Assembly: GCF_018350175.1 (NCBI RefSeq)
Contig: NC_058368.1
Span: 61,506,001 to 61,570,000 of the forward strand
From: Felis catus
Taxonomy: Eukaryota
Length of the DNA stretch: 64,000 bases
Direction of reading: 5' to 3'
Positions 37,725 through 51,975 of this stretch are shown here, piece after piece (the first letter of the stretch is position 1; each line of letters opens with the position of its first letter). Position numbers and translations under genes: made by a program. The notes beneath the pieces were generated by a model. That model was not told the origin of the DNA and made no database searches. It worked only from the letters and a program-made list of their open reading frames with translations.

Positions 37725-37890
37725 TGTGTGAAATGATGGTCCTCAAGGGCAATGATGGTCCTCAAAGGACATGCCAGTGATTAATACCCTCCCCTGATTT
37801 GTGAGTGATACCTATAATTTCCTTCTAGATAGAATATGGCAATGGACTATGGTAAAGGGGTTGGAGTATCACTTCCATTTTTCGTGATAT
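37725..37890 (+). mobile_element. MLT1-type LTR 5' fragment
   Basis: ATGGTCCTCAAAGGAC...CCCTCCCCTGATTTGTGAGTG...TAGAATATGGCAATGG...TATCACTTCC. Confidence 0.45.
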
Positions 37891-38117
37891 TGTTTGAAAT
37901 TAAGGAAATCTGGTCTAGGAGGCTCTAGTCTTAGTCTGATGGCAAGAAAAGATACCAATGCTGCAAATGGGATCTCATAATCAGGGATACCTGGACTTTT
38001 ACTGTGTGTTAACAAAATACCTTTTGTGTTCATGGGAAATACCTAATTCCTAAAAAATGTATGGCTGAAATTGGTAAGCCCATCTCAACTCAGATAGCTG
38101 GCATACCATGTTTTGTC

Positions 38118-38136
38118 CATGCGCGCGCGCATGTGT

Positions 38137-38174
<38 letters not shown>
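38118..38174. repeat. (CG)n(TG)n alternating purine-pyrimidine tract
   Basis: CATGCGCGCGCGCATG palindrome followed by (TG)n. Confidence 0.95.
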
Positions 38175-38175
<1 letters not shown>

Positions 38176-38610
38176 TGTGTAATAATGAATAGCAAATGAA
38201 TATAAATTACCAAAAATAAAAACAAAAGTATAATATTGATGATCAGCCTGAGAAACTATTGTGGCTTTGGCAAGAGCATGACCTTAGACACAGTCTTCAA
38301 CTGTGACCTATTATAACAGCAAAGTGATTAATAGAGCTAGCAGTCTGATTTGCTAGACAGTTTTGTCTGTTGTACAAAAAGAAGAACTGGGTCTTTCAGA
38401 GGAACTGGCTTGTTACAGAGGATCTTCAGGGTTTCTTAGAAACATGAGAATTGCGGGAAGAAATATTTAACTTCCTACTGATAATAGCAGGATACATTTA
38501 CTTATTGGAAAATTTTGAAAGACTAAATCAAAAACAATATATAAAAATATATTTGAAGGTAATATGGTATAATATCAAATGCGCTATCAACCAGTTTGAT
38601 AAAATTAAGT

Positions 38611-39172
38611 GTATTTTGAAGGTTTATTATTTTATTTTTCATAACAAATAAAATAATGTTAGTGGCTTTAAACAGCATTCATTTGTTAGCTCATGATTTA
38701 TAGATCAGATGTTGGGAATGGTGTTTTTGGATTCTCTGCTCAGGCTAAAAACAGGTGGGGGCCTAGGTGCATGCTCAAGGGCCTTTTCCAAGCTCTTTCC
38801 TTTCTTTGGCAGAATTTATTTCCTTAGACTTGAGAACTGAATTTCGGTTTGCTTCCAGGCTATCGGATGAAGACTGCTTTCAGCATCTAGAAGCCACTCT
38901 TAGGCCCTTGTCCTGCAGCTTCCTCCAGCTCAGCAAGAAGGGACTTTCATAATGTTAAATCCTTCTCATTGTTTGAATCTCTCAGACGTTCTTTGCTGCA
39001 ACTGGCTAAAGAACACTTAGGCCTACCCAGATCATCTCTCTGTCTTAGGGTCAAGTAGTAACTTGAGTTCTATCTACAAAATTTCTATTGCCATATAAGG
39101 TTGCATAATCATACGAGTAGCACTTGCGGGGGGAAAGATCATGCAAGCCACCCTGGAATTCTGCCTACCACA
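38611..39172 (-). mobile_element. MaLR solo LTR (MLT1E/F-like)
   Basis: CATAACAAAT...TTAGTGGCTTTAAACAGC...TTGGCAGAATTTATTTCC... ending ATTCTGCCTACCACA. Confidence 0.85.
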
Positions 39173-40867
39173 GAAAGCCAACCACGGAAGAGGAAAAGCA
39201 TAATGGTTTAATTCAGTTAGTCTATTTTCAGCGATTTCTGAATGCTGATCGGTAATATTATGCTTAATAGAAAAATAGTGTGTGGTTGAATATTTGACAA
39301 CTAATTGATATCTGAATAAATGGCAATTTTCAAATTGCTATCAAATAGCATCATCACAAAATATTAAAATAATGTAAAAATAATTATCTCAATTTGCAGT
39401 CTATCTACTAATCTTAATATAGCTTACCTAGAATTCAAGTAATGAGAAGTTTGTAGTTGGTAGTTATGTTAATCCAGTGAACTATACATTAGAAGGAACA
39501 TCTATAGCATACTAGTCGACTCACATCCAGAAACAAATGTAGAATGACAAACCATAAAAAGCTTTACAGACTTGCAATAAAATTTTCTACTTAGCTGCAT
39601 TCATATTTATGGAAGGCAGCATTTATAATTTAAGTAAAGGGAAATTGGGAAATAAGTCCATTTGTGTATTTCAAAGCAAAATGTATTATTAATTTTATTA
39701 CATAAGTAGATTAATTTGCTTGGAGAACAAATTTTCTCTCTTTGGAATTACATTATTTTTTATTTACCCTTAGGGGAAAAACATTAAAAACAATTATACT
39801 TGTAAATATATATTAAAACAGGATCAGAACAGATTAAGTGTAGAAGTTAAGTAAGCTTCATATTTACTTAGTAAAGAAAAACTATTGCATTAAATAGGAA
39901 ATTTTCTTCTGACAAAATAAGTCATAAATATGTGGATACTGTATTTGTTTGAACTAGATTTTGGTTCTATTTTTAAATGCCTTTACTGAGAAATAATTTA
40001 TTCACTGAACACACTCACATTAATGTTCCATTTGCTCTTTTAGGATTAATTTGGAGCTTACACATGTATTTTATGAATACTTTTGATTTTTTTCCCATTT
40101 TTCCTTATGTTCTCTTTAAAGAATGATAAATGTTCGCTTGTTCATTATAGAGTATACAACATAAAAGTTTCAACTGACATATTAGAAATACAGCAAATAA
40201 TGAGTAAATATAATACAAAAATACAAATACGTCTGGGTTTTAGTTATAATCCAGGTAGATGTAACTAATTAATAGCAGTATCTTTTCTCTTTTGCCTGAC
40301 CAGTGCAAATATAAATTATAATGAAAGTATAATACTCATTTAGGTCCATTCATATCTATCTAAATTTATAAATAAATAATATTTACTTAAGATACTTAAA
40401 AATTTACCTCCATAGCCCAGTTAGTCAAAGTACATAATGATGTCTTTACCAAATCTAAAGCTTTCACTCTGTAAATGTTTTGGAAAATGTCCATAGATTG
40501 GTGCAAAGTTTCATAGCAGGACCATCTCATGCTTCATTTGCGTAGTAAGTGTAATACCTCATTACTCTTCCAAAGTAATATCGAAAGGAATAACTATGCA
40601 ACTTAAATATCTATACATATGTATGACTCTGACAACATTCCCAGGAGAAATTAAGACTTTGATTTTTAGTATTTAGAAAACCTGTCGTCTCTGAGCAAAG
40701 AGCTCAGTTGCTCTTTGTGAAGCCCCACCACTACTTCCTTCTGAGTAAGCAGTTATTTCATGTCAAATACCCTCTTTATAAAAATTTCCTAGTATTCTGT
40801 ATTTATGTGTATGGCCTCTTCTTCCCAGGCCAAAAAGCTATGCTTGAAGACAAAATGAAGGATTAGT

Positions 40868-43800
40868 GAGAGGACTGACTTTAGCAAAATGGTAGGGTAG
40901 GCAGCTCCAAACTTGGTCCCCCACAGACAAAATGGGAAAAACAAAACAAAACTCTCAAAGCAGCATTGTTAGACCTTTGGAAAACAGTAAAAGATGTAAA
41001 ATAACTAACATGCCAAATCATGAAAGAGGCAACTTGGAAATAGTAGGAAAGCTTTATGTCTTTTTTAATGGACCTTGACTTATTCCCTACCTGTTGCAGT
41101 GTCCATCTTGAAACAGCAGCAGCCTGTGTTCCCAGTGTGGGATCATGGTTTCTGGTTTTGGAAAGGCCAGATCACACTTATTTGCAATCTGTTCTAATTG
41201 CTCTGAGGGCTTCCTGATGAACTGGCACGAGGTGTTCCTTCGTCTCTGTATGCCTAACTCAGAATTTAGCCTGGAAAAGTAGCAGGCATTGCTCAGAAAT
41301 GCCACAGGTGACCTAACAACCAACGTGTGCCTGAAAGATAAGATTATAGTCAAGGCATAAACAGCCAAGAGCCAAGAGAGGAAAGCTGTTTGTATTCTTT
41401 TTGGAAAATTGGGACATTCAGAAGTGCCCATATACATAAACACAGAGGAATTTATCTTTTTAAATGTTTATTTATTTATTTTAAGAGGGAGAGGGAGAAA
41501 GAGTGAACATAAGTGGGGGAAGGGCAAAGAGAGGGAGAGAGACTGATGTGGGGCTCGAACCTGCCAACTGTGAGATCATGACCTGTGTTGAAATCAAGCG
41601 TCAGATGCTTAACCGACTGAGTCACCCAGGCACCTCTACACGGAGGAATTTAGAAAGACATATGCATGAACCGGGCAAGACACGTGCTCAGAAAAGACCC
41701 TGCAAGACCTTTAACTGACATCTTAGCTTGATTCCTATGTTCTTTGCAAGCCTACATAAGTGTTAGAGTACCTCAGCACTGAGTCTATACGGAAAAACAA
41801 GGGAGAGATATTTGTTTGTCTGTTCTATTATTGTATTTTTAAAAAATTCCTTGCATCCAAGGAAGTCTCTGTCAAAAAATGGGCTAAAGGAACAGAGACA
41901 TCAGTGACCACAGAAAAGAAAGAATGCAGTCTTTACAAAAATAGTTTGAAAAAGTTATTAAATCCTCAGTATACATAGGGGAAGGGAAAATATTATTTTC
42001 AGATTTACCATATTATAATATTAAAATGTGCCTTTTCCAACAACAACATCAAAAATATCACAGGCATGACAAGAAACAGAAAAATTGGCTCATTCAAAGG
42101 AGAAAAAAATAGATTAATAGAAACCATCCCTGAGAAGAAGCCCAGATGTCTGACTGTAAAACAACGGTCTTAAATATGCTCCAAGAACTAAAGATAAACT
42201 ATCGAAAAAGGGCCAAATGATAGAGGAACAAAATCAACATATTGATAAAGAGACAGAAATTATAAAAAGGAACCAAAAAGAAATTCTGTTCCTAAGATTA
42301 TAATATCTGAATTGAAAATTTCACTAGAGGAGTACAACATAAGATTTGAATAGACAGAAGATCAGCAATCTTGATGATACGATAATTGAAATGATCATGT
42401 CTGAAGAGAAGAAAACAAAAAATAATGAAGAAAAGTGAAATAAAAGACTAAGGGACCTGTGAAACACCAATTAAATAGATAACAGAGAAAAACACAGAGA
42501 CTGGAACAGAGAAATTGGAATAAATAATAGCCAAAAGCTTTCCAAATTTGATAAATGACATGAAGCCAAGAAACTTAAAAAAAAGTTTATATAAGATAAA
42601 TTTAAAGAGACTCACACCAAGACACATTATAATGAAACTGTGGAAAGTCAAAATAGAGAATTTTGAAATCTGCAAGAGGAAAGAGACTTAGCACTTACAA
42701 GGGATCCACAAAAGGTTAACAGTATGTTCCTCATCTGAAACTATGGAACCCAGAAAACAGTAAGATAGCAAATATAAAAGGATGGAAGAAAAAGAAAACC
42801 TTTCAACCAAGAATTCTGTATCTGGCAAATTGTCCTTCAAAAATGAGAGAAAATTTAAGATAGTCAGAGATAAACAAAAGCTGAGGGCATTTGTTATCAT
42901 TAAACCTACCCAAAAGAAATGCAAGATGGAATTCTTTGGGCTGAAATGAAAGGGCATTAAACAGTTAATCAAAGTCCTATGAAGAAATGAGGATATCCTA
43001 CAATGTAACTATATAGTCAAATATAAAAGCCAACATTATTGTATTTTTGTTTTATAACTCTATGTTTTATTTCTACCTGATTTAGATAGATGCATGAAAA
43101 GAATTATAAATCTATGTCTTAGGGCACAAAATGTATGGATGTAATTGTGAAAACAGTAGCATAAAGGAGGGCAGATTTCTACATTAGAGCTTTTGAAGTC
43201 AAGTTGCTGTTGAAGTGAAGTTCATAGCAATTTAAATTATATCCTTTTAAATTTAGGATGTTAAATATAATCTATATAGTAAACACAAAGAAAATAATAT
43301 ACAGAAAAAGAAATGAGAAAGAAATCAAAATAACTCAATACAAAACCAACTAAACATAATTAAGTCAATAATGGAGCATGTGAGGGACAACAAAGATCTC
43401 GCATACCAAACACATATAGCAAAATAGCAGAAGTAAGTTTTTCCTCATAAAGTATTATTTTATATGTAAATGAATGCAACTCTCCAATCAAAAGTCAGAT
43501 ATTGCAGAATGCATTAAAAAAACCTATGATCCAATGATATATTTTCTAGAAGAGATTTACCTTGGATACAAAGACACAACTGGGTTGAAAGTGAAAATAT
43601 TAAAAATTATTTTCCATGTAAACAGTCACCAAAACTGAGATGGATTGGTGTACTAATAACAGATAAAATAGCCTGTAAGTAAAAAACTATCATAAGAGAT
43701 CAATAAGGATAATAGATTTTGATAAAAGTATGAACTCATCAGAAAGATACAGCAATTGTAAACATATATGCATTGAAAAACACAGTCCCAAAACAAATAA

Positions 43801-43890
43801 ACATTGCAAAATGTAAGTATTGACAGAATTGAAAGGAAAAATAGTTCTACACCAATAGTTGGAGACAATCTGTACCCGAATTTCAATGGA
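40868..43890 (+). mobile_element. Ancient L1M 5' half: 5'UTR, decayed ORF1, start of ORF2 endonuclease
   Basis: Decayed translations SSETMEPRKQ, FQPRILYL and LSFKNE..K...DKQKLRAFV (about 42730-42900); LYVN..NSPIK and IVGD (43460-43870). Confidence 0.85.
41455..41637 (-). mobile_element. CAN-SINE, internally deleted
   Basis: TSD ACAC(A/G)GAGGAATTTA at 41440-41454 and 41638-41652. Confidence 0.96.
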
Positions 43891-45150
43891 GGCAAGAAAA
43901 TTTACATAGGAGATTAGTTGTTATTTTTAATCACTTATTATTTATAAAATGTATTATCAGTAGTGTAGGCTTAAGTGATGCTAATGATAGATGACATATT
44001 ATCTAAAATTTCTACAGTTTCTAAGTTTCTGCTGATCTGTACCCACTTTTTTTTTTTTTTTGCCTTTCATGATTCTTTCTTTGATTCTTTTCAGTATGTC
44101 TGTTGTTATCACTTGCAAAACTTTGTCAATCATTGTGACTCAAAATCTACATGTTAATATGAAAGAAATGGAAGAAATTGAGGCCACATAAATAATAAAT
44201 AATATAAGCTTATTGTTTTGATTTTAATCATTGTCTTAAAAAACTAGAATTTTAGCTTCCAAATTTGCATTTTTTGATGTTTCATGCTGTTTACTTTCAA
44301 AGTATACCTTCAGTGATCATCTGTGCTTACTATTCATGGAATTTTGTTTCAAATATTTCACACATTTCTATTCTAATATTAATATAATATTCTAAATTTT
44401 AAATTCTAGTATTTTAGAATTTATATTTATTTGCAATAAGACCTGACTATTTACAAAGGGAATTATTTTTTCTTTCACAAATATCACTGATAATGTGTTA
44501 CATTCCATTAACTGTGCTACTTACTGAAGATAAAGAGAATAAATTTCAGGGCTTTCCCTTCAGATTATGAAAGTACACTATGGAAGATAGAGAAAAAAAT
44601 TCATGCAATTACAGTTATTTTATAAGCAGATTAATACAGAGCCAACTCCTAAAGGAAAATTGGCAGGAATGGGAAAGAGAGAGAAAAGACAAAACTGGAA
44701 GAAGATATGGAGTCATGAAAGCCTTTTTTTAAATTTGATTATTTTCTTTAATGTTTAAGATAAATAGATGAGACCATATTTAGAAGTGATTAGATGAGGA
44801 AATTTAAAGATGGTGGGAAGAGGGGACTGAACAAGCTTTTGGTGAAGTGCTAATGTTTGTTTTAACAGAGGTATTAGTGTGATACAACAAAAAAGAAAGA
44901 GTTAAGGATGAAAATTTTCTCCTTTGTGTAAAAAAGAAAGAAAAGAAAAGAAAAGCTATTATCATGTGTTCTTTATGACCTTCTGCTTTCATTGTTTTCT
45001 GATTAATGCATGATTGAACTTTTGATTTTCATTGCACTCTATTCTTATTTTCTTCAGATCAATTAAGCCACTGATTTCCAGTATTCCCCATGAGTGTACA
45101 CAACCTCAAAATGTTAAAAACTGAATTTAGGGTAGAACTTATATTTTTAA

Positions 45151-45367
45151 ATTTTTTTTTCAACGTTTTTTTATTTATTTTTGGGACAGAGAGACACAGA
45201 GCATGAACGGGGGAGGGGCAGAGAGAGAGGGAGACACAGAATCGGAAACAGGCTCCAGGCTCTGAGCCATCAGCCCAGAGCCTGACGCGGGACTCGAACT
45301 CACGGACCGCGAGATGGTGACCTGGCTGAAGTCGGACGCTTAACCGACTGCGCCACCCAGGCGTCCC
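45151..45367 (-). mobile_element. Young felid SINE (SINEC_Fc-type)
   Basis: Near-identical to the 23741 copy; TSD TATATTTTTAA at 45140-45150 and 45369-45379. Confidence 0.98.
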
Positions 45368-45995
45368 ATATATTTTTAAGAATGGTATGAGAAAGTGGTC
45401 TCATTTAGGAAAATGTGGAAGTAGTGATATTTGTGGGATGATATAAAAGTGACAGGAAATTCTACTAAAAAACTTCCACGTTATCTTTCTATCAAAACTT
45501 TCTACGACTGATTCAATCATTGATATGGGGCTCTTCTCCAAGCAAATCTTGCTCTATTAACTATTGTTTTGTATTTTTCACAGCAAAGTTTTATTTCCAA
45601 ACAGATTTATTCACCACCTAAATGTGTGCTGACTCATTTCACCTTCAGTTGTGGATGAGGAGGGAATGCAAACTAATTTAAATATCATCCTAAGCAAATT
45701 ACATTAGAATAATAATTCTGCTGTAGAATGCAATTTACATAATAAATTCTAAAATCAAATATAAATGATTTATGGATTACCTACTGTTTGTGATTATTTG
45801 TGCCACTTTTCTATTAACACAGATAAGCCAGTCTTATTTAGCATTTTCCTAAGTAATCTTGAATGAGAAACACACTTTGAATTTGTGATGCATTCTGATT
45901 ATAACAAGTGCCCCTGAATAGTGACATGTCCATAGGGCATAGACTACTAAAAGTGCTCACAAATTTTGGATGGCCAAGAAAATAGAACTTTATTT

Positions 45996-46066
45996 TTTAT
46001 TAAAAATTTTTTAATGTTTATTTATTTTTGAGAGAGGAAGAGAGACAGAGAGTGAGTAGGGGGAAG

Positions 46067-46116
<50 letters not shown>

Positions 46117-46249
46117 CTGAAGCAGACTCCAGGCTCTGAGCTGTCAGCACAGAGCCCCATGTGATGTGGGGCTTGAACTCATGATCTGTGAGATCATGAC
46201 CTGAGCCAAAGTCGGATGCTTAACCAACTGAACCACCCAGGTGACCCCC
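45996..46249 (-). mobile_element. CAN-SINE with long (GA)n
   Basis: SINE body; flanks AACTTTATTT / AACTTTTATTT. Confidence 0.97.
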
Positions 46250-47885
46250 AACTTTTATTTAAATGTATTTTAATGTTTATTTTTGAGAGAGGGAGATAGA
46301 AAATTGTAGAAGATAAGTTATAAAATTTTAGTTTTAATACCATTCCATAGATTTCCTAGTCTGAGCCCAAATAAGGCAGAAATAATGTCCAAATATACTA
46401 AATCCCTATTCCTAATTTTGGTAGACTTTAGAGCTTATTGTTATGCTCAGCTGTCTATGCCATCTCCCTATCCTAATTCTCAGCAATTCTATACTAGATA
46501 GAAGCATTTTTTAAACTCATACTAAAAGAAAAGCTGAGATACTATTGTTCTTGTTTTTATACCCAAACGGTTTGTTATTTTTAAATGTCAGTATTTTTAA
46601 AATATTGGTTTGTATTTGTGTATATTGGATTTTTTGTAAGACATTGTACAAAACAATCCACAAAATAATTCTTTCTGACAAAAGAACCTTAAGCATTATA
46701 ATCAAAAATAATAAAGTTACAACTAGGGACCTAAGAATGTATATATACAAATAAGTATGTAATCTGAAAGTCTAATGGCATCAGTAAGAATTTATAAAGC
46801 TTGCTGCACAAATATTAAAGGAACATAAATGTGAAAAATTATAAATCCCTTATTCAGTAACTGCTAACATAATCTTCAGAGTAGAAAAGCAGTATTTATG
46901 GAAAGAGACAGACATAATTCTACCATGCTCTCAATCTTCTGGTATCTCAAATCACAAAATAAAAATAGAACAAATAGCCCTTTTAACATTAAAAGGTTTC
47001 ATATATAAACTTTTAGTAGATAAACAAAACATCCCTTCAGGATATGATCATCATTTCTATGATAACTCTTATAGTGTACACTATAGCCAAACTTAGCTGT
47101 AATGAATTCCTTAGCAAATTATTTTATATAACTTTAAGAGCTTCATCATAAGTAAAGGCAATCTGAAGGATACTTGATTAAGTCTCACTAGAATTTGCAA
47201 TGGAAAGCATGTCAATATTTTTGCTAATTAAATTTTTACTAAATCCCCATATTTGCAATGCAACATTTTATACCTTGAGGAATTCATTCATTCATTTAGG
47301 AATACCAATAACACGAACGTATTTTTAAAAAGATATAGACGATAAGCTCTATTTATAGAAAACGGTTTGATTTAGAAAGTAATCCTGATAACTCTTTCAC
47401 TTTTTCACTTTTCCTATATCACTATAGTTAGCCAAATTAAACTAAAAAACACACAGAAGAAAGGGCAACTATAAATAAATCACATTTTCCGTTCTTCAGT
47501 TTCTTTATCTTATGCAACGTTTGATTCCTATGAAAAACAGAAACAGGAACTGCAACAGGCTAGCTAGGTTGGAGACCTCAGTGGTAAAATAGTGTAATTT
47601 CTAGACGCCAGGGAGAAAAAATGTTTTAAATTATTAATTATCCTTTATTTTTTTTATTTTTTTCAAAATATGAAGTTTATTGTCAAATTGGTTTCCATAC
47701 AACACCCAGTGCTCATCCCAAAAGGTGCCCTCCTCAATACCCATCACCCACCCTCCCCTCCCTCCCACCCCCCATCAACCCTCAGTTTGTTCTCAGTTTT
47801 TAAGAGTCTCTTATACTTTGGCTCTCTTCCACTCTAACCTCTTTTTTTTTTCCTTCCCCTCCCCCATGGGTTTCTGTTAAGTTTC

Positions 47886-50800
47886 TCAGGATCCACATAA
47901 GAGTGAAAACATATGGTATCTGTCTTTCTCTGTATGGCTTATTTCACTTAGCATAACACTCTCCAGTTCCATCCATGTTGCTACAAAGGGCCATATTTCA
48001 TTATTTCTCATTGCCACGTGTATATAATTGTGTATATAAACCACAATTTCTTTATCCATTCATCAGTTGATGGACATTTAGGGTCTTTCCATAATTTGGC
48101 TATTGTTGAGAGTGCTGCTATAAATATTGGGGTACAAGTGGCCCTATGCATCAGTACTCCTGTATCCCTTGGGTAAATTCCTAGCAGTGCTATTGCTGGG
48201 TCATAGGGTAGGTCTATTTTTAATTTTTGGAGGAACCTCCACACTGTTTTCCAGAGTGGCTGCACCAATTTGCATTCCCACCAACAGTGCAAGAGGGTTC
48301 CCGTTTCTCCACATCCTCTCCAGCATCTATAGTCTCCTGATTTGTTCATTTTAGCCACTCTGACTGGCGTGAGGTGATATCTGAGTGTGGTTTTGATTTG
48401 TATTTCCCTGATGAGGAGCAACGTTGAGCATCTTTTGATGTGCCTGTTGACCATATGTATATCTTCTTTAAGAAGTGTCTATTCATGTTTCTGCCCATTT
48501 CTACAATGGATTATTTGTTTTTCGGGTGTGGAGTTTGGTGAGCTCTTTATAGATTTTGGATACTAGCCCTTTGTCCGATATGTCATTTGCAAATATCTTT
48601 TCCCATTCCATTGGTTGCCTTTCAGTTTTGTTGGTTGTTTCCTTTGCTGTGCAGAAGCTTTTGATCTTCATAAGGTCCCAGCAGTTCATTTTTGCTTTTA
48701 ATTCCCTTGCCTTTGGGGATGTGTCAAGTAAGAAATTGCTATGGCTGAGGTCAGAGAGGTCTTTTCCTGCTTTCTCCTCTAGGGTTTTGATGGTTTCCTG
48801 TCTCACATTCAGGTCCTTTATCCATTTTGAGTTTATTTTTGTGAATGGTGTGAGAAAGTGGTCTAGTTTCAACCTTCTGCATGTTGCTGTCCAGTTCTCC
48901 CAGCACCATTTGTTAAAGAGACTGTCTTTTTTCCATTGGATATTCTTTCCTGCTTTGTCAAAGATGACTTGGCCATATGTTTGAGGGCCTAGTTCTGGGG
49001 TTTCTATTCTATTCCATTGGTCTATGTGTCTGTTTTTGTGCCAATACCTTGCTGTCTTGCTGATTACAGCTTTGTAGTAGAGGCTAAAGTCTGGGATTGT
49101 GATGCCTCCAGCTTTGGTCTTCTTCTTTAAAATTACTTTGGCTATTCGGGGCCTTTTGTGGTTCCATATGAATTTTAGGATTGCTTGTTCTAGTTTCGAG
49201 AAGAATGCTGGTGCAATTTTGATTGGGATTGCATTGAATGTGTAGATAGCTTTGGGTAGTATTGACATTTTGACAACATTTATTCTTCCAATCCATGAGC
49301 ATGGAATGTTTTTTCCATTTTTTTGTATCTTCTTCAATTTCCTTCGTAAGCTTTCTATAGTTTTCAGCATACAGATCTTTTACATATTTGGTTAGATTTA
49401 TCCCTAGGTATTTTATGCTTCTTGGTGCAATTGTGAATGGATCAGTTTCTTTATTTGTCTTCTGTTGCTTCATTGTTAGTGTATAAGAATGCAACTGATT
49501 TCTGTATATTGGTTTTGTATCCTGCAACTTTGCTGAATTCATGTATCTGTTCTAGCAGACTTTTGGTGGAGTCTATCAGATTTTCCATGTATAATATCAT
49601 GTCATTTGCAAAAAGTGAAAGATTAACTTCATCTCTGCCAATTTTGATGCCTTTGATTTCCTTTTGTTGTCTGATTGCTGATGATAGAACTTACAACTCT
49701 ATGTTAAACAACAGCAGTGAGAGTGGACATCCCTGTCGTGTTCCTGATCTGAGGAAAAAAGCTCTCAGTTTTTCCCCATTGAGGATGATGTTAGCTGTGG
49801 GCTTTTCATAAATGACTTTTATGATGTTTAAGTATATTCCTTCTATCCTGACTTTCTCAAGGGTTTTTATTAAGAAAGGGTGCTTAGGGGCGCCTGGGTG
49901 GCGCAGTCGGTTAAGCGTCCGACTTCAGCCAGGTCACGATCTCGCGGTCCGTGAGTTCGAGCCCCGCGTCGGACTCTGGGCTGATGGCTCAGAGCCTGGA
50001 GCCTGTTTCCGATTCTGTGTCTCCCTCTCTCTCTGCCCCTCCCCTGTTCATGCTCTGTCTCTCTCTGTCCCAAAAATAAATAAACGTTTAAAAAAAAAGG
50101 GTGCTGAATTTTGTCAAAGGCCTTTTCTGCATCGATTAACAGGATCATATGGTTCTTATCATTTCTTTTATTAATGTGATGTATCACATTGATTGATTTG
50201 TGAATGATGAACCAGCCCTGCCTCCCAGGAATGAATCCGACTTGATCATGGTGAATAATTCTTTTTATATGCTCTTGAACTCGATTTGCTAGTATCTTAT
50301 TGAGAATTTTTGCATCCATATTCATCAGGGATATTGGCCTGTAGTTCTCTTTTTTTACTGGGTCTCTGTCTGGTTTAGGAATCAAAGTAATACTGGCTTC
50401 GTAGAATGAGTCTGGAAGTTTTCCTTCCCTTTATATTTCTTGGAACAGCTTGAGAAGGATAGGTATTATCTCTCCTTTAAACGTCTGGTAGAACTCCCCT
50501 GGGAAGCCATCTACTCCTGGACTCTTATTTGTTGGGAGATTTTTGATGACTGATTCAATTTCTTCGCTGGTTATGGGTCTGTTCAAGCTTTCTATTTCCT
50601 CCTGATTGAGTTTTGGAAGTGTGTGGGTGTTTAGGAATTTGTCCATTTCTTCCAGGTTATCCAGTTTGTTGACATATAATTTTTCATAGTATTCCCTGAT
50701 AATTGCTTGTATCTCTGAGGGATTGGTTGTAATAATTCCATTTCAATTCATGATTTTATCAATTTGGGTCATCTCCCTTTTCTTCTTGAGAAGCCTGGCT

Positions 50801-51925
50801 AGAGGTTTATCAATTTTGTTTATTTTTTCAAAAAACCAACTCTTGGTTCATTGATCTGCTCTACAGTGTTTTTAGATTCTATATTGTTTATTTCTGCTCT
50901 GATCTTTATTATTTCTCTTCTTCTGCTGGGTTTAGGCTTTCTTTGCTGTTCTGCTTCTATTTCCTTTAGGTGTGCTGTTAGATTTTGTATTTGGGATTTT
51001 TCTTGTTTCTTGAGATAGGCCTGGATTGCAATGTATTTTCCTCTCAGGACTGCCTTCACTGCATCCCAAAGCATTTGGATTGTTGTATTTTCATTTTCAT
51101 TTGTTTCCATATATTTTTTAATTTATTCTCTAATTGCCTGGTTGACCCATTCATTCTTTAGCAGGGTGTTCTTTAACCTCCATGCTTTTGGAGGTTTTCC
51201 AGACTTTTTCCTGTGGTTGATTTCAAGCTTCATAGCATTGTGATCTGAAAGTATGCATGGTATGATTTCAATTATTGTATACCTATGAAGGGCTGTTTTG
51301 TGACCCAGTATGTGATCTATCTTGGAGAATGTTCCATGTGCACTCGAGAAGAAAGTATATTCTGTTGCTTTGGGATGCAGCGTTCTAAATATATCTGTCA
51401 AGTTCATCTGATCCAATGTCTCATTCAGGGCCCTTGTTTCTTTATTGACCGTGTGTCTAGATGATCTATCCATTTCTGTAAGTGGGGTGTTAAAGTCCCC
51501 TGCAATAACCACATTCTTATCAATAAGGTTGCTTATGTTCGTGAGTAATTGTTTTATATATTTGGGGCTCCTGTATTTGGCACATAGACATTTATAATTG
51601 TTAGCTCTTCCTGATGGATAGACCCTGTAATTATTATATAATGCCCTTCTTCATCTCTTGTTATAGCCTTTAATAGAAAGTCTAGTTTGTCTGATATAAG
51701 TATGGCTACTACAGCTTTCTTTTGACTTCCAGTGGCATGATAAATAGTTCTCCATCCCCTCACTCTCAATCTAAAGGTGTCCTCAGGTCTAAAATGAGTC
51801 TCTTGTAGACAGCAAATAGATGGGTCTTGTTTTTTTATCCATTCTGATACCCTATGTCTTTTGGTTGGCACATTTAGTCCATTTACATTCAGTGTTATTA
51901 TAGAAAGATATGGGTTTAGCATCAT
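47886..51925 (-). pseudogene. L1 ORF2 (APE endonuclease, reverse transcriptase, C-terminal domain), frameshifted and SINE-interrupted
   Basis: MMLNPYLSIITLNVNGLN...[87 protein letters not shown]. Confidence 0.97.
49887..50095 (+). mobile_element. Young felid SINE (SINEC_Fc-type) inserted antisense in L1 ORF2
   Basis: TSD AAAGGGTGCT at 49875-49884 and 50096-50105. Confidence 0.98.
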
Positions 51926-51975
51926 TGTGATGTCCGTAGGTTTCATGCTTGTAGCGATGTCTCTGGTACTTTGTC

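Noticed and set aside
31331..37765. Short tandem duplications ACCCATATATCAT x2 (31331-31356) and AATGATGGTCCTCAA x2 (37732-37765)
   Set aside because: Ordinary slippage-size duplications with no further structure
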